Shown: positions 11,569 to 24,400 of the stretch, in pieces
Numbering within the stretch: the first letter of the stretch is position 1
Layout: each line of letters starts with the position of its first letter
Assembly (NCBI GenBank): GCA_027069645.1
Contig: JALXEI010000159.1
Coordinates: 1-60,075 of the forward strand
DNA: 60,075 nt
Reading direction: 5' to 3'
DNA from: Hyphomicrobiales bacterium
Lineage (GTDB): Bacteria; Pseudomonadota; Alphaproteobacteria; Rhizobiales; JAKIUO01
Notes under the pieces: generated by a model
Seen by the model: the letters and a program-made list of their open reading frames with translations, nothing else
Told to the model about the DNA's origin: nothing
Databases searched by the model: none
Program-made: the position numbers and the translations under genes

Positions 11569-13690
11569 CAGCTTTCACAGCCCCCTTTTCAATCGGGGTC
11601 CCGACCCGTTTTGATTCGTGCTTGAGTGCGCTCATCTCGGCCATGATGGCAGAGGCCCTTGCAATGGCATTGGTCTGATAGAAATCGTCTATGGCAACAT
11701 CAAACGGCATGGGCTGAACGCGAATGGCTTCACGCCCCTTATCGACCAGTTCGGCAACCGGTTCTTTTCGTATCTCTCCCAAAGCAGCCATGCCAGGGAC
11801 CCGCTTGTATAACGCACCACGCAATTCCATTACGTTGTCAAAAGGCAATGTCTTGCCAAGTCGCTCCGAAAGCGCGCGAATGATAGTCCAATCCTCGTGT
11901 GCATCACCTGGAGGGAACACGGCCCGGGAGGTCATTTGAGGCCGCCCTTCAAAATTGACCCAGGTGGCCGCTTTCTCGCACCATGTGGCGCCGGGAAGAA
12001 TGACATCAGCAACAGCGGCGCCCCGATCCCCGTGACTGCCCTGATAAATAACAAAACTTCCGGACAGGCGCTCGACGGGTATCTCGTCAGCCCCGAGGAG
12101 ATAAACAACATCCATATTACCGTTTTCGACGGCTTCCAGGATTTGTCCCGTATCCAGTCCGTTTTCTCCAGGCAGGAAACCGATATCCAGAGCGCCTGTT
12201 CGCCCTGCGGCTGTATGCAATACGTTAAATCCGTTCCAGCCCTCCTCTTCCCTGATCATGCCAACATCATTGGCGAGGCGGGCAGCAAGGGCAAGAACGG
12301 CCTGGCCATCCGGCCGGGACAATGCACCTTCGCCAATTACCAGCATCGGTCTGCTGGCCGTTCGCAATGTTCCGGCAAAGGGAACGCTGCCTTCCAGCAT
12401 TTCCGCCAGTATTCGGGGACCATCGCCCAGATATTCATATTCATAGGTGAGATCAACTCTGGCGCCGACCAGACCGACCTGTTTTTGGCCATCATATACA
12501 CCGCGTCTGATCCGGGCATTGAGGACAGCGGCTTCCGTCCGCGTGTTCGTGCCAATCAGCAAAATGGCATCGGCTTCATCGATACCGGCAATTGTTGTAT
12601 TAAACAGATAGCCGGCGCGTCCTGCGCTGGCATCGAGCCTGTTTCCTTCGGGGCGACAATCCAGATTGGTGCTGCCCAGACTTTCGAACAGCATCTTCAA
12701 TGCAAAACTTTCCTCAACAGCAGCAAGGTCACCGGCAATCGCCGCGATGCGTGTACCATCTACCCCGCTCATACGACTGCAAATGGTTTCAAAAGCCTCG
12801 TCCCAGCTTGCTGGTCGCAATTTGCCGTTTTCTCTTATATAGGGTCGATCAAGGCGCTGGCTCTTCAATCCGTCTGTGACAAAACGGGCCTTGTCGGTGA
12901 TCCATTCCTCGTTGATATCGTCATTTTCCAGAGGCAGAATGCGCAATACGTTTCCGCCCCGCGAATCAACCCTGATATTTGCGCCCTGCGCATCCATGAC
13001 ATCGATGGTTTCGGTTTTTTTCATCTCCCAGGGGCGGGCGATGAAGGCTGTCGGGCGGTGGGTCAGGGCGCCAACGGGACAAACATCAACAACATTGCCG
13101 GAGAGTTCGGACAATATTCCGCGATCAAGATAGGTTGTAATTTCGGCACTTTCGCCGCGACCGATCTGGCCGATCTCCTCGACCCCGGCAATCTCGGTCA
13201 TAAAACGCACGCAGCGTGTGCAGGAGATACACCGCGTCATGATCGTTTTGATCAGCGGGGATATGTTGCGATCCTCAATGGCTCTTTTGTTTTCTTCGAA
13301 GCGGCTGCTGCCGGTGCCAAAAGCAACGGCCTGATCCTGCAAATCGCACTCGCCCCCCTGGTCGCATATGGGACAGTCGAGCGGATGGTTGATGAGTAAA
13401 AACTCCATTGTCCCTTCACGCGCCTTTTGCACTGCGGGTGAACCGGTCAGAATCTCCGGAGGCTGCCCTTCCGGTCCCGGTCGCAGATCATTGACACCGA
13501 GTGCACAGGAAGCGGCAAGCTTGGGCATGCCCTTGACCTCGACGAGGCACATTCGGCAATTGCCGGCAATTGACAGCCGTTCGTGATAGCAAAAACGCGG
13601 GATCTCGCGGCCCGCCTGTTCGCAGGCCTGCAACAGGGTGAGTCCGTCCTCTACCTCTATTTCTTCACCATCAATGATCAGTTTCGGCAT
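11561..13690 (-). CDS. nuoG: NADH-quinone oxidoreductase subunit G
   Basis: N-terminal 2Fe-2S/4Fe-4S cysteine motifs ([36 protein letters not shown]). I prefer the ATG at 13690 ([10 protein letters not shown]) over the GTG at 13696. Confidence 0.9.
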   Translation of the reverse strand: MPKLIIDGEEIEVEDGLTLLQACEQAGREIPRFCYHERLSIAGNCRMCLVEVKGMPKLAASCALGVNDLRPGPEGQPPEILTGSPAVQKAREGTMEFLLINHPLDCPICDQGGECDLQDQAVAFGTGSSRFEENKRAIEDRNISPLIKTIMTRCISCTRCVRFMTEIAGVEEIGQIGRGESAEITTYLDRGILSELSGNVVDVCPVGALTHRPTAFIARPWEMKKTETIDVMDAQGANIRVDSRGGNVLRILPLENDDINEEWITDKARFVTDGLKSQRLDRPYIRENGKLRPASWDEAFETICSRMSGVDGTRIAAIAGDLAAVEESFALKMLFESLGSTNLDCRPEGNRLDASAGRAGYLFNTTIAGIDEADAILLIGTNTRTEAAVLNARIRRGVYDGQKQVGLVGARVDLTYEYEYLGDGPRILAEMLEGSVPFAGTLRTASRPMLVIGEGALSRPDGQAVLALAARLANDVGMIREEEGWNGFNVLHTAAGRTGALDIGFLPGENGLDTGQILEAVENGNMDVVYLLGADEIPVERLSGSFVIYQGSHGDRGAAVADVILPGATWCEKAATWVNFEGRPQMTSRAVFPPGDAHEDWTIIRALSERLGKTLPFDNVMELRGALYKRVPGMAALGEIRKEPVAELVDKGREAIRVQPMPFDVAIDDFYQTNAIARASAIMAEMSALKHESKRVGTPIEKGAVKADA

Positions 13691-13733
13691 ATCCACTCGC
13701 CCTTGCTGGGGCCCATATCGGCCCCCGTTCCAA

Positions 13734-15035
13734 TCACTCCGCAGCCCTCACCGCCCCTTGCGGGTTCGGATTGGCCGTAAATTCGTCAATACGTTGCTCG
13801 ATCACAGGTCGAAAATGACGGATCAGCCCCTGTACAGGCCAGGCGGCCGCATCACCAAGTGCACAAATCGTGTGTCCTTCAATCTGTTTGGAGACATCGA
13901 ACAGCATGTCGATTTCGCTCTTTTCCGCTTCCCCTCTGACCATGCGCTCCAGCACGCGCCACATCCAGCCTGTGCCCTCACGGCAGGGGGTGCACTGCCC
14001 GCAGCTCTCATGCTTGTAGAAATAGGACAGTCGGGCAATGGCGCGAATTATGTCGGTCGTTTTGTCCATAACGATCACTGCCGCAGTCCCGAGCCCCGAT
14101 TTGACTTCCAGCAATCTGTCAAAATCCATCGCCAGTTCCTGACACTGATTTGCCGGCACACAGGGAACCGATGAGCCACCGGGAATCACCGCCAGCAGAT
14201 TTTCCCAGCCGCCGCGTACACCGCCCGCATGTTTTTCCAGCAGTTCTCGCAGGGGAATTCCCATTTCCTCTTCCACATTGCAGGGATTGTTGACATGCCC
14301 GGAAATGGAAAACAGTTTGGTCCCGGCATTGTTGGGTTTGCCAAGTCCCGCGAACCAACCGCTGCCCCGCCGCAAAATTTCAGGTACAACAGCTATGGAT
14401 TCGACATTGTTGACGGTGGTTGGCGCGCCATAAAGCCCCATATTGGCGGGAAAAGGCGGCTTCAGACGCGGCATGCCCTTGCGACCTTCAAGGCTTTCCA
14501 GCAGTGCCGTTTCCTCGCCGCAAATATAGGCCCCGGCCCCCTGCTGCACATAAAGATCAAACGGATAGCCGTGCACATTGTCCTTGCCAATGAGTTTGGC
14601 CTCATAGGCTTCGTCAATGGCGGCCTGCAAACGCTCACGCTCACGGATGAACTCGCCACGAATATAGATATAGGCCGTGTTGGCCCGCATGGCAAAACCG
14701 GCCAGCAGAGCCCCCTCAATCAGCAATTGCGGATCATTGCGCATGATCTCGCGGTCCTTGCATGTTCCCGGCTCCGATTCATCGGCATTGATGACCAGAT
14801 AATGAGGGCGACCGTCGGATTCTTTGGGCATGAAGGACCATTTCAGCCCGGTCGGGAAACCGGCGCCACCGCGCCCGCGCAATCCGGACGCCTTGACTTC
14901 GTCAATAATCCGGTCCTCGCCCATTTCCAGCAGCTTTTTTGTTCCATCCCACGCGCCGCGCGCCCGGGCCCCGGCAAGACCACTGTCGCGCAGGCCGTAA
15001 AGATTGGTAAAAATCCGGTCCTTGTCAGAGAGCAT
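13734..15035 (-). CDS. nuoF: NADH-quinone oxidoreductase subunit F (FMN/NADH binding)
   Basis: [26 protein letters not shown] motif and [12 protein letters not shown] 4Fe-4S motif. The start overlaps the nuoE stop (TAATG). Confidence 0.93.
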   Translation of the reverse strand: MLSDKDRIFTNLYGLRDSGLAGARARGAWDGTKKLLEMGEDRIIDEVKASGLRGRGGAGFPTGLKWSFMPKESDGRPHYLVINADESEPGTCKDREIMRNDPQLLIEGALLAGFAMRANTAYIYIRGEFIRERERLQAAIDEAYEAKLIGKDNVHGYPFDLYVQQGAGAYICGEETALLESLEGRKGMPRLKPPFPANMGLYGAPTTVNNVESIAVVPEILRRGSGWFAGLGKPNNAGTKLFSISGHVNNPCNVEEEMGIPLRELLEKHAGGVRGGWENLLAVIPGGSSVPCVPANQCQELAMDFDRLLEVKSGLGTAAVIVMDKTTDIIRAIARLSYFYKHESCGQCTPCREGTGWMWRVLERMVRGEAEKSEIDMLFDVSKQIEGHTICALGDAAAWPVQGLIRHFRPVIEQRIDEFTANPNPQGAVRAAE

Positions 15036-16126
15036 TAGTCATCCCCCCTGCTATCATCAGTCAATGTCTTTATCTCGACCGCCTTCGCCAGATTACCAGC
15101 CTGCTCAATCCAGTTTTCCCGGTCTATCCTGCCTTTGAAACTGAGAAAATTATCGACCCAGGCGACATTGTCGCGGTTCCATCCGGCAATCTGGTCAAAA
15201 TGATATATACCGAGACTGTTGAGCGTTTCCTCAAGCTTTGGACCAACACCACTTATCTTCTTGAGATCATCAGCGCCACCTTCTCGCGGCTCTGGCAAAC
15301 CTATAGGCTTTGCATTGTCAGAAGCAGCAGGAGCAAATTCATCCGTTGGCGCATCACTGCCGGTTTCCTCCACAGCTTTCTCTTTTTCATTGTCAAATGT
15401 GGCAAGGACCGTTTCGGCTTTATCCTCCCGAGCAACCCGGGGCACTTCATGCCCTTCGCCATTGGCAAGACTTTCAGCGTTCATGGCTGCAACAGCGGGG
15501 GCTTCCCTGTCATCGGATCCGGTATAGAGCGAGCTGTCTGTCAAGCTTGTGGGACCTCCTTCAGGACAGGAACAGGAGCGGCCGTTTTGCGGCCCCGGCG
15601 TGACATCGCGACCCGCCTCAAGGTCGTCAAGAAGGGACTGAAGTTTCCCGGCATCGAGATCTTCAAAATAATCATTATTGATCTGAACCATCGGGGCGTT
15701 TGCACAGGCACCCAGACATTCCACTTCAAGCCAGGAAAACAGTCCGTCTTCACTCACCTGATTCTGCTCCCCTATGCGTTTTTTCAGGACCTCCACCAGC
15801 GCATCGGAACCTCGCAACAGGCAGGGCGTTGTGCCGCATAGCTGGATAAAATATTTACCCACTGGCGCCAGGTTGAACATGGTATAGAAGGTTGCGACTT
15901 CCATCACCCGGATTGGCGCCATATCCAGCAGTTCGGCAATATATTCGATTGCGGCCTGTGGCAACCAGCCGCCATTTTGCTGCTGGGCACGCCAAAGCAG
16001 CGGTATGACAGCAGAAGCCTGACGGCCTTGCGGATATTTTTCGATTTGCTGTTTCGCCCACGTGAGGTTGGGTTCTGTAAAAGCAAAGCTTTCCGGCTGA
16101 TCGGCGGCAACGGGTCTCACACTCAT
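15035..16126 (-). CDS. nuoE: NADH-quinone oxidoreductase subunit E with a long C-terminal extension
   Basis: The N-terminal ~185 aa form a canonical NuoE thioredoxin-like 2Fe-2S domain ([10 protein letters not shown] ... CLGACANAP). It is followed by ~175 extra residues: an acidic low-complexity linker, then [26 protein letters not shown] (helix-hairpin-helix-like). Confidence 0.88.
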   Translation of the reverse strand: MSVRPVAADQPESFAFTEPNLTWAKQQIEKYPQGRQASAVIPLLWRAQQQNGGWLPQAAIEYIAELLDMAPIRVMEVATFYTMFNLAPVGKYFIQLCGTTPCLLRGSDALVEVLKKRIGEQNQVSEDGLFSWLEVECLGACANAPMVQINNDYFEDLDAGKLQSLLDDLEAGRDVTPGPQNGRSCSCPEGGPTSLTDSSLYTGSDDREAPAVAAMNAESLANGEGHEVPRVAREDKAETVLATFDNEKEKAVEETGSDAPTDEFAPAASDNAKPIGLPEPREGGADDLKKISGVGPKLEETLNSLGIYHFDQIAGWNRDNVAWVDNFLSFKGRIDRENWIEQAGNLAKAVEIKTLTDDSRGDD

Positions 16127-17307
16127 CGATCAATCTCCCCGAATACAACATCAAGGGTTCCGATTATGGCGGCCACATCGGCGAGCATATGCCCCTTGCT
16201 GATGAATTCTGTTGCTTGCAGATGGGCATATCCGGGCGCCCGGATTTTACAGCGATAGGGTTTGTTCGAACCATCGGAAACAAGATATACCCCGAACTCA
16301 CCCTTGGGAGCTTCAACAGCCGAATAAACCTCGCCTGCCGGAACCCTGAACCCTTCTGTATGAACCTTGAAATGGTGGATCAGACTTTCCATGCTCTGTT
16401 TCATGCTGGCGCGTGACGGAACAGCCGTTCGCCCGTCCGTCACACTGACGGGGCCTTTTTCGGTGCGCAACAACTCGCAACACTGCCTGATGATTTTGAC
16501 CGCCTGGCGCATCTCTTCCATGCGGATCAGATAGCGATCATAGCAGTCACCATTTTTGCCAACGGGCACATCAAATTCCATTTCGGCGTAACAGTCATAG
16601 GGTTGTGCCTTGCGCAGATCCCAGGCGGCACCGGCACTGCGCAACATCACGCCGGAAAAACCGCGGGACATGGCATCTTCCAGATTGAAAACACCAATAT
16701 CCACATTACGCTGTTTAAAGATACGATTGTCTGTCAGCAATCCCTCGATATCATCACAGACAGACAAAAAAGGATCGCAAAAGGCCTCGATGTCGTCGAT
16801 CAGACTGTCCGTCAGGTCCTGATGCACACCACCGATACGAAAATAGTTGGCATGCAGGCGAGCTCCCGAGGCCCGTTCATAAAAGATCATCAGTTTTTCA
16901 CGTTCTTCCCAGCCCCACAGGGGGGGCGTCAGGGCGCCGATATCCAGCGCCATAGAAGTAACATTTAGCAGGTGATTGAGTATGCGCCCGATTTCGGAAT
17001 AAAGCACCCGAATAATCTGACCACGACGTGGAACATCAAGTTCAAGTAATTTTTCCGCCGCCAGACAAAAGGCGTGCTCCTGATTCATCGGGGCAACATA
17101 GTCAAGCCTGTCAAAATAGGGCACGGCCTGCATATATGTTTTGTGTTCAATCAGTTTTTCTGTGCCGCGATGAAGCAGACCGATGTGCGGATCGGCCCTT
17201 TCAACAACCTCGCCGTCGAGTTCAAGCACCAGACGCAAAACGCCGTGCGCGGATGGATGCTGCGGGCCAAAATTGAGCATAAAATTCCGTATCTGTTTTT
17301 CGCTCAT
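16123..17307 (-). CDS. nuoD: NADH-quinone oxidoreductase subunit D
   Basis: [15 protein letters not shown] motif. I prefer the start at MSEKQIRNF (17307); the ORF extends to 17328. There is an ATGA overlap with the nuoE start. Confidence 0.9.
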   Translation of the reverse strand: MSEKQIRNFMLNFGPQHPSAHGVLRLVLELDGEVVERADPHIGLLHRGTEKLIEHKTYMQAVPYFDRLDYVAPMNQEHAFCLAAEKLLELDVPRRGQIIRVLYSEIGRILNHLLNVTSMALDIGALTPPLWGWEEREKLMIFYERASGARLHANYFRIGGVHQDLTDSLIDDIEAFCDPFLSVCDDIEGLLTDNRIFKQRNVDIGVFNLEDAMSRGFSGVMLRSAGAAWDLRKAQPYDCYAEMEFDVPVGKNGDCYDRYLIRMEEMRQAVKIIRQCCELLRTEKGPVSVTDGRTAVPSRASMKQSMESLIHHFKVHTEGFRVPAGEVYSAVEAPKGEFGVYLVSDGSNKPYRCKIRAPGYAHLQATEFISKGHMLADVAAIIGTLDVVFGEIDR

Positions 17308-17366
17308 TGTTCGTTCCTGCTTCCACACCTTTTCATAACGTCATCACCCTGATACCAGCTTTCCGC

Positions 17367-17990
17367 TCACGAGCCCTCTGTATCAACGTCCTGTGTCGCC
17401 TTCTCATCGCCAGGCAGTACGCCCGATGCGCCTTCCCAGGGGGAAAGATTGTCAAAACGGCGAAATTCCTGCGTCAGTTTGACCGGTTCATAAACCACCC
17501 GCTTCAGTTCCTCATCGTAACGCACCTCGACGTAGCCGGTTAGCGGGAAATCCTTGCGCAAGGGGTGACCGGAAAAACCGTAGTCAGTAAGAATCCGCCT
17601 CAGATCGGGATGATTGTTAAACAGGATGCCATAAAGATCATAGGCCTCCCTTTCATACCAGCCAGCGGCAGGAAAGATTTCGGTACAACTTTCAACCGGC
17701 GTATTTTCATCTGTCGTGACCTTGACCCGGATACGTTCGTTCTGTGTCGGACTGAGCAGGTGATAGACGACCTCAAAGCGGGACGTTCTTCCGGGATAAT
17801 CCACCCCGCAAACATCAACGAGAATTGTAAACTGGTTGCGCGGGTCATCCCTCAGAAATTTAAGCGTTTCCAGCAACTGTTCTTTATCAACAACAACGGT
17901 TAACTCGTCAAAAGCGATCACAGTGTCCAGAACAGCGTTCCCGAGCGCCTCTTTCAAATGGCTGACCAGTTCTTTTTTTGTCTCTAGCAT
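17367..17990 (-). CDS. nuoC: NADH-quinone oxidoreductase subunit C
   Basis: Internal ATG at 17990 ([16 protein letters not shown]) gives ~207 aa, with NuoC-like sequence ([29 protein letters not shown]). Confidence 0.88.
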   Translation of the reverse strand: MLETKKELVSHLKEALGNAVLDTVIAFDELTVVVDKEQLLETLKFLRDDPRNQFTILVDVCGVDYPGRTSRFEVVYHLLSPTQNERIRVKVTTDENTPVESCTEIFPAAGWYEREAYDLYGILFNNHPDLRRILTDYGFSGHPLRKDFPLTGYVEVRYDEELKRVVYEPVKLTQEFRRFDNLSPWEGASGVLPGDEKATQDVDTEGS

Positions 17991-18013
17991 GGCTTTGTCC
18001 GATATGGTCCCGA

Positions 18014-18589
18014 TCAGCGTATGATTGTGCCGGTGCGGCGAATTTTCTTTTGCAACAACAGGACACCATAAACAAGCGCCTCGGCGGTCGGAGGGCACCC
18101 TGGTACATAGACATCGACAGGAAGCACACGATCACAGCCCCGCACAACAGAATAGGAGTAGTGATAATATCCCCCTCCATTGGCGCAACTGCCCATTGAA
18201 ATCACATAACGCGGTTCAGGCATCTGGTCATAAACCTTGCGTATGGCCGGGGCCATCTTGTTGGTCAGCGTACCGGCGACAATGATGACATCAGACTGGC
18301 GCGGGCTGGCGCGGGGGGCAAAACCGAAACGTTCAAGATCATAGCGCGGCATGGCGGCCTGGATCATCTCCACGGCACAACAGGCCAAACCGAAAGTCAT
18401 CCACATCAGGGAGCCGGTCCGGGCCCAGTTAATCACGTGGTTTGCACTGGTGACAAGAAATCCCTTGTCTGCAAGCTCGCTGTTTACATGGTTGAAAAAA
18501 GGATCATTGTGACTGGTTGTCCGAATGGATGAGGAAGCGCCATCTCCCTCTTTCAAAGGTCCATATACAGGAGGTACGATCAATCCCAT
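18014..18589 (-). CDS. nuoB: NADH-quinone oxidoreductase subunit B
   Basis: [21 protein letters not shown] and [14 protein letters not shown]...VYVPGCPP cluster-N2 motifs. The start was chosen at M38 of the ORF (18589), overlapping the nuoA stop; 18610 is an alternative. Confidence 0.88.
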   Translation of the reverse strand: MGLIVPPVYGPLKEGDGASSSIRTTSHNDPFFNHVNSELADKGFLVTSANHVINWARTGSLMWMTFGLACCAVEMIQAAMPRYDLERFGFAPRASPRQSDVIIVAGTLTNKMAPAIRKVYDQMPEPRYVISMGSCANGGGYYHYSYSVVRGCDRVLPVDVYVPGCPPTAEALVYGVLLLQKKIRRTGTIIR

Positions 18590-18945
18590 TCCAGAGCTCC
18601 CTTGCGCCATGCATAGATGAAACCGATAACCAGTTCGGCGATAAAAACCATCATGGTCCAGTAGCCAAGTGCACCATTTTCCCTGAATGACACGGCCCAC
18701 GGAAACAGATAGGCCGCTTCAAGGTCGAAGATGATAAACAGAATGGCCAGCAGATAAAAACGCACATCAAACTTCATGCGCGCATCGTCAAACGGGTTGA
18801 AGCCACACTCATAGGCCGAGATCTTCTCGCTATCGGCTTTACCCGGTGCGATGAGAAACGGAACGACAAACAATACAAGTGCGATAATGCCCCCGATGGC
18901 CGAAAAGATGAGAACCGGCAGATAGCCGGATAGAAGCTCATTCAT
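18580..18945 (-). CDS. nuoA: NADH-quinone oxidoreductase subunit A
   Basis: Internal ATG at 18945 ([19 protein letters not shown]) gives 121 aa, with NuoA motifs ([26 protein letters not shown]). Confidence 0.88.
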   Translation of the reverse strand: MNELLSGYLPVLIFSAIGGIIALVLFVVPFLIAPGKADSEKISAYECGFNPFDDARMKFDVRFYLLAILFIIFDLEAAYLFPWAVSFRENGALGYWTMMVFIAELVIGFIYAWRKGALEWD

Positions 18946-19558
18946 GATTTGTCCCTGCTGCCCCCTGGTCATCAAATCCGGAATTGAACGATTCCGGGCC
19001 AAACCGAAATCCCCTTTTTGTGTGCTTCTTGCTGTATGCCCGTTTTTTCCGGCAACCATTCAAAACAGTTTGCCGCTTATTCGGCAAAATACGTAGATGT
19101 GGTTTCAGCAGTAGCAGCTTGAGGGTTTAGCGCAATATTGATCCTGTTTTCAAGCCCAATCGTGTAATATTATATCGCAGGCGGGATTGTCACAGTGATA
19201 TAATGACCTGAAAGGGAACAGATTATTCCCGCCCCTCATTGAGTGGCAGTTGATCCCTGTTAGCGGGAGAATAAATTGACAGGAGTGAAGGAATTCACCT
19301 CCGTGCAGCGGATTGCAGCATTCCGGTGTCCCTTCGGAAAGGTCGGATTTTCCCCGATAAATTTTATCACATTGAAAAACATTATTTTATTATAAACCCG
19401 CATTTGAAAGACAAACCGACAGGCTCCTGTCCTGTCGCGCAATCAAACCGCACTGTCAATCCAGGTCTTTAACAACACAGACACCGGGTGCTTGACAGGT
19501 CCTGACTTTTGATGTTCAAGTGGACCTGAAATTTATTCTTCCCCTTCGAAAGAATGGC

Positions 19559-19954
19559 ATGGCACTTCAAAAGCTGACCTCATTGTTACTGCTGGCAAGT
19601 TTTCTGGTTAGCCTCTTCCACCCGCTTGCCCATGCGCAATTCGATCTGCTCGACCATTCAGTCGTTGCTCTTCCTCAATTCACAAACCAGCAACCGACAG
19701 TCGCAAGTCTCCCGACTATTGGAGATGATGGGAGCGAACTGCAAACCGGGGATGTTAATCGCGATGGTTCTTACGTTCATGTCCATTGCGAGACCTGCGA
19801 TAAAACTTCCCACTTTCTGCTGCCCGTGGACAATACCTTCGATAACCTGACTGTCTTTATGTTGAAACAGGCCAGGCGCGGCCAGACATTTCGGAATGCA
19901 GGTCTCACTGCTCTTGAACGTCCTCCTCGCGTTTTTCCCCGGGAAACCGTCTAG
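19559..19954 (+). CDS. Hypothetical secreted protein with an HVHCETCD motif, first gene of the metal-efflux block
   Basis: From the ATG at 19559: MALQKLTSLLLLASFLVSLFHPLAHA is signal-peptide-like. The only Cys pair sits in an H-x-H-C-x-x-C context. I recognise no family. Confidence 0.4.
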   Translation: MALQKLTSLLLLASFLVSLFHPLAHAQFDLLDHSVVALPQFTNQQPTVASLPTIGDDGSELQTGDVNRDGSYVHVHCETCDKTSHFLLPVDNTFDNLTVFMLKQARRGQTFRNAGLTALERPPRVFPRETV

Positions 19955-20163
19955 CGGGTTCTGCCGGCTTTTTTCCAAATGACCCGACAGGAAACAGTTT
20001 TTCGTATAAAGGGCGATCTGCGCGACTGCATTATTGCGTCTGAACTGACACAATTGTCTCTTGCTCTGAAACGCCTCTTTGTCGCCCGCTTCCACAGGTC
20101 CTCTTTTGTTGAAAAGAGCCCCCTCTCTTCTCTTTCTGACAACGACAAGAACAGGCACAATCC

Positions 20164-21393
20164 ATGTCCCATAACGACAAGGAGCGCGGCAACAGGTCCG
20201 CCTCTGCAAAATCGAACATAAAACTTGCGCCACCTGCTGCATCAGAGACAACACACCGGAATCGGTTTGCCCGACGAGTGTTCAGGGTCGTGACACAGTT
20301 TGGCATGATTGGCGCTATTCTGGCCACAGGACTGTTTGGTGCGGTGTTTATCAATTCCATCGAAGCTGCCAGACCTCCGTCTCGGGAAGGACACGGGGGA
20401 CATAGTGAGGGAGGAGGCGGACATGGGGGGCATGAAGAGCACGAGAGCGGTAATGCGGAACGCAGCGTCACCTTTAACAGCGCAAGTTTTAAAAATGCCC
20501 ATCTTGGTCTTGCGACCGCGAGTTCTCGTACCTTGCATCCTCATTTGACCCTGAACGGCATCATCACCCCGAATGAGGAGCGTGTTGTACAGGTAAGCCC
20601 GCGTTTTCCCGGTGTCGTTCGCCGCATCACCAAACAATTGGGCAGTACGGTCAGGCGCGGTGATATTCTTGTTTCCATAGAGGGTGACAAGGATCTGAAA
20701 CGCTATGTCGTCAATTCGGCCATTGATGGAACTGTTATTTCCCGACGCGTTGGGCTTGGTGAGCATGTGGAACGAAATGACAAACTGATGGTGATCGCCG
20801 ACCTGCGCACAGTCTGGGTGGATTTTCGGGTGTTCGCCCGCGACTTTAATAAACTGCGACTTCATCAACCTGTCGAAATTTCCCTGTCTTCCGGAGGCCC
20901 CTCGGTCATGGCGAAAATTGCCTATATTTCTCCGATTGGCATGGCTGATACGCAAAGCATGCTGGCGCGCGCCATTGTTGACAATCCTGACGGCTCCTTG
21001 CGCCCGGGGCTGTTTGTCACCGGCAAGGTAAGGATTGGCGAACAAAAAGCCTTTGTCGCAGTGCGTAACAGCGCCATTCAGTTTCTTGATGGCAAACCGG
21101 TTGTCTTTGTGGAGCGTAAGGGAGAGAACGACAGCCACAAGAAACATGATGATCACGATGAACACAGGAAAAAGGAAAAAGCCCACGGTACGAGTAGCGA
21201 GGACAAGCATGACCATGATGAAGAACCGCAAAACCTCAGACATTTTGTCGCGAGGAATGTGGAACTGGGACCGACAGATGGTCGTTTTACCGAAATCTAT
21301 TTCGGCATTTTGCCCGGTCAAACCTATGTCGCCGACAACAGTTTCATACTGAAAGCCGAACTGTCGAAAGGCATGGCAGCCCACTCTCACTAA
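20164..21393 (+). CDS. Heavy-metal efflux RND periplasmic adaptor (CzcB-like) with two His-rich tracts
   Basis: N-terminal TM anchor, then EGHGGHSEGGGGHGGHEEHESG. It has a beta-barrel/lipoyl-like adaptor core (GDILVSIEG..., GLFVTGKV...) and an internal HKKHDDHDEHRKKEKAHGTSSEDKHDHDEE tract. It lies immediately upstream of the RND pump. Confidence 0.8.
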   Translation: MSHNDKERGNRSASAKSNIKLAPPAASETTHRNRFARRVFRVVTQFGMIGAILATGLFGAVFINSIEAARPPSREGHGGHSEGGGGHGGHEEHESGNAERSVTFNSASFKNAHLGLATASSRTLHPHLTLNGIITPNEERVVQVSPRFPGVVRRITKQLGSTVRRGDILVSIEGDKDLKRYVVNSAIDGTVISRRVGLGEHVERNDKLMVIADLRTVWVDFRVFARDFNKLRLHQPVEISLSSGGPSVMAKIAYISPIGMADTQSMLARAIVDNPDGSLRPGLFVTGKVRIGEQKAFVAVRNSAIQFLDGKPVVFVERKGENDSHKKHDDHDEHRKKEKAHGTSSEDKHDHDEEPQNLRHFVARNVELGPTDGRFTEIYFGILPGQTYVADNSFILKAELSKGMAAHSH

Positions 21394-21405
21394 AGGAGCC
21401 TTTCC

Positions 21406-24400
21406 ATGCTGGGTCATCTCGTTTCATTTTCTGTCACGCAACGATTTCTGGTAATCTTTCTGGCTATCGCGATGGCCGGACTGGGGATCTACAATTTTAT
21501 CAGGCTCCCCATTGATGCAGTTCCCGACATCACCAACGTGCAGGTGCAGATCAATACCAATGCACCGGGTTATTCACCTCTTCAGGTCGAACAGCGCATC
21601 ACCTTTCCCATAGAAACATCTCTGGGTGGCTTGCCAAAGCTTGATTATACACGCTCCCTGTCGCGTTATGGCCTGTCACAGGTAACCATTGTTTTCAAGG
21701 ACGGTACCGACATTTATCTGGCCCGCCAGCTTGTCAATGAGCGTATTCAGCAAGTACGTGATCAGCTGCCAGATGGCATCGAGGTGGAAATGGGGCCCAT
21801 ATCGACCGGACTGGGAGAAATCTATTTTTACACGGTCGAAGCCCTGCCCGGTGCACGCAAGAAAGACGGCTCACCCTATACGCCTACGGATTTGCGCACC
21901 CTGCATGACTGGGTGGTCAAACCGCAAATGCGCACGGTTCAGGGGGTCGTGGAGATCAACGCCATTGGTGGCTACAACAAGCAATATCACATTTTGCCTG
22001 ATCCGGAAAAGCTGACAGCCTTTGGACTGACTCTTCATGACCTGTTGCGTGCCGTCAACCGCAACAACAGCAATGTGGGGGCGGGCTATATCGAGCGCAA
22101 TGGTGAACAATATCTGGTGCGTTCTCCCGGACAGGTTGGCGGGATAAAGGATTTGCTCGATATTCCGATTGGTTCCCATGCTGGAACGCCGGTCCGCATA
22201 AAAGATGTCGCGGAGGTCGAGATAGGCCATGAATTGCGCACCGGCGCCGGCACCTATAATGGTCGTGAAGTCGTGCTGGCGACCGCCGTCATGTTGCTGG
22301 GCGAGAATTCCCGCGCGGTTTCAAAGCGGGTCCACGAGCGTTTGCAGAAAATCAAAAAAAGCCTGCCGGAAGGCATTCTCATTCGTACAGTTTATGATCG
22401 AACCCATCTCGTAAACAAGACGATCTCAACCGTTGAAACAAACCTGATGGAGGGGGCAGCGCTGGTCATCATCATCCTGTTTCTGTTTCTTGGCAACTTT
22501 CGCGCCGCACTGATTGCCGCATTGATGATTCCCCTGTCCATGCTGTTCGCCATTTCCGGTATGACACAATACAGAATATCGGCCAATCTCATGAGCCTCG
22601 GGGCCATCGATTTTGGTATCATCATTGATGGCGCCATCATTGTGGTGGAAAACTGCCTGCGACTGCTGGCGGAAAAGCAGCATGAAAAAGGCCGCCTGCT
22701 GTATCTGCAAGAGCGTTTTTCCATTGTTCGGGAAGCCACATTACAAGTCGTCGTCCCCAGCCTTTTTGGGTCTTTCATCATCATGGTGGTCTATTTGCCG
22801 ATCCTCACTCTGACGGGAGTTGAAGGAAAGATGTTTACTCCCATGGCGCTGACCGTGGTGATGGCGCTGATTGGAGCAATGATCCTGTCGGTGACGTTCG
22901 TACCCGCTGCTGTTGCCCTGCTGGTGACAGGCAAGGTAGCCGAAAAAGACAATCTGATGGTGCGTGGTGCCCGTGGTCTTTACCGCCCCGCCCTCAAGGC
23001 GGCATTGGCCAATATGCCTGTTGTGCTTACAGCAACATTCGTGCTGCTTGGCCTGTCCGGTCTGCTGGCTTCCAAACTGGGTACCGAATTTGTTCCGCAG
23101 CTTGATGAAGGTGATGTCGCTGTTCAGGCTCTGCGTGGTCCTGGCACCAGCCTGACGCAATCGGTTGAAATGCAGCGCATGCTGGAAAAAAGACTGGCGA
23201 AAATCCCGGAGGTCAGGGAAAGCTTTGCCCGCACCGGCACTTCTGAAGTCGCTACAGATCCCATGCCACCATCCATTTCCGATGGTTATGTCATGCTGAA
23301 GCCACGCAAGGCATGGCCCGACCCCGGAAAACCCAAAGCGGAAGTGGTCAGGGAGATTCAACGGGCCGCTCTTGAAATTCCGGGCAGCAATTACGAGATT
23401 TCACAACCCATTCAACTGCGCTTTAATGAACTGATTGCCGGAGTCAAGGCTGATATTGGCGTCAAGATATTTGGTGATGATCTCGAACAGCTGCTGAAGA
23501 CAGCCAATCAGGTGGCCGCCGTCATGAGGGAAATCCCCGGCGCAGCAGATGTGCGTGTAGAACGTGTTTCCGGCCTGCCCTTCCTGACTGTCAATCTGGA
23601 CCGGGGCAAATTGTCCCGCTTTGGTCTGTCTGTTGCCGATGTGCAGGAAAATATCGAGACTGCCGTGGGAGGCAAACGCGCCGGCACATTGTTCGAGGGC
23701 GATAGACGCTTTGATATAATCGTTCGATTGCCGGAAAGGTTGCGAACCGATATAGATGCCATGCGCAACCTGCGCATTCCGCTTCCCCCGCTGCAAGATG
23801 ATGCGGACAAAACGATGGTGGCAAAGCTCTATGCCACGTCGGAAGGCAAAATGCCGCGCTTCATCCAGCTCGCCGATGTCGCTACCATTGTCATGGCTCC
23901 CGGCCCCAACCAGATCAGCCGCGAAAACTCCAAGCGGCGCATTGTTGTATCAGCCAATGTCAGAGAACGTGACCTTGGCGGTTTTGTCTCGGAAGCGCAA
24001 AAGGTGATTGACAAACAGATCAAACTGCCCCCGGGATACTGGGTGGCCTGGGGGGGACAATTCGAGCAACTTATCTCCGCCTCTCGCACCCTTGCTGTTG
24101 TGGTGCCGGTGGCGCTCACTCTCATTTTCTTTTTGCTCTTCACCTCCCTTGGTACCATCAAGGACGCGCTGATCGTCTTTTCCGGGGTACCCCTGGCCCT
24201 CACAGGCGGGGTGGCTGCGTTGGCCTTGCGGGGTATACCTTTGTCAATCTCGGCGGGAATCGGGTTTATTGCCCTGTCCGGTGTTGCCGTTCTCAACGGT
24301 CTGGTTATCATCTCCTTTATAAACAATCTGATCCGAGAGGAGGGGCTGGATCTCGACAAGGCCATTTTTGAAGGGGCCATGCAGCGGATGCGTCCTGTAC

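Noticed and set aside
11897..13399. 500-aa plus-strand ORF, plus several 60-270-aa ORFs across 3.9-18.2 kb (for example 14229-15038, 15200-15841, 5867-6619)
   Set aside because: All are antisense or out of frame relative to unambiguous nuo genes. They have low-complexity, Arg/Gly/His-rich translations typical of shadow frames.
20242..21417. 391-aa minus-strand ORF
   Set aside because: It is fully antisense to the CzcB-like adaptor gene. It is a shadow ORF with no recognisable motifs, whereas the plus-strand product has clear adaptor features and operon context.
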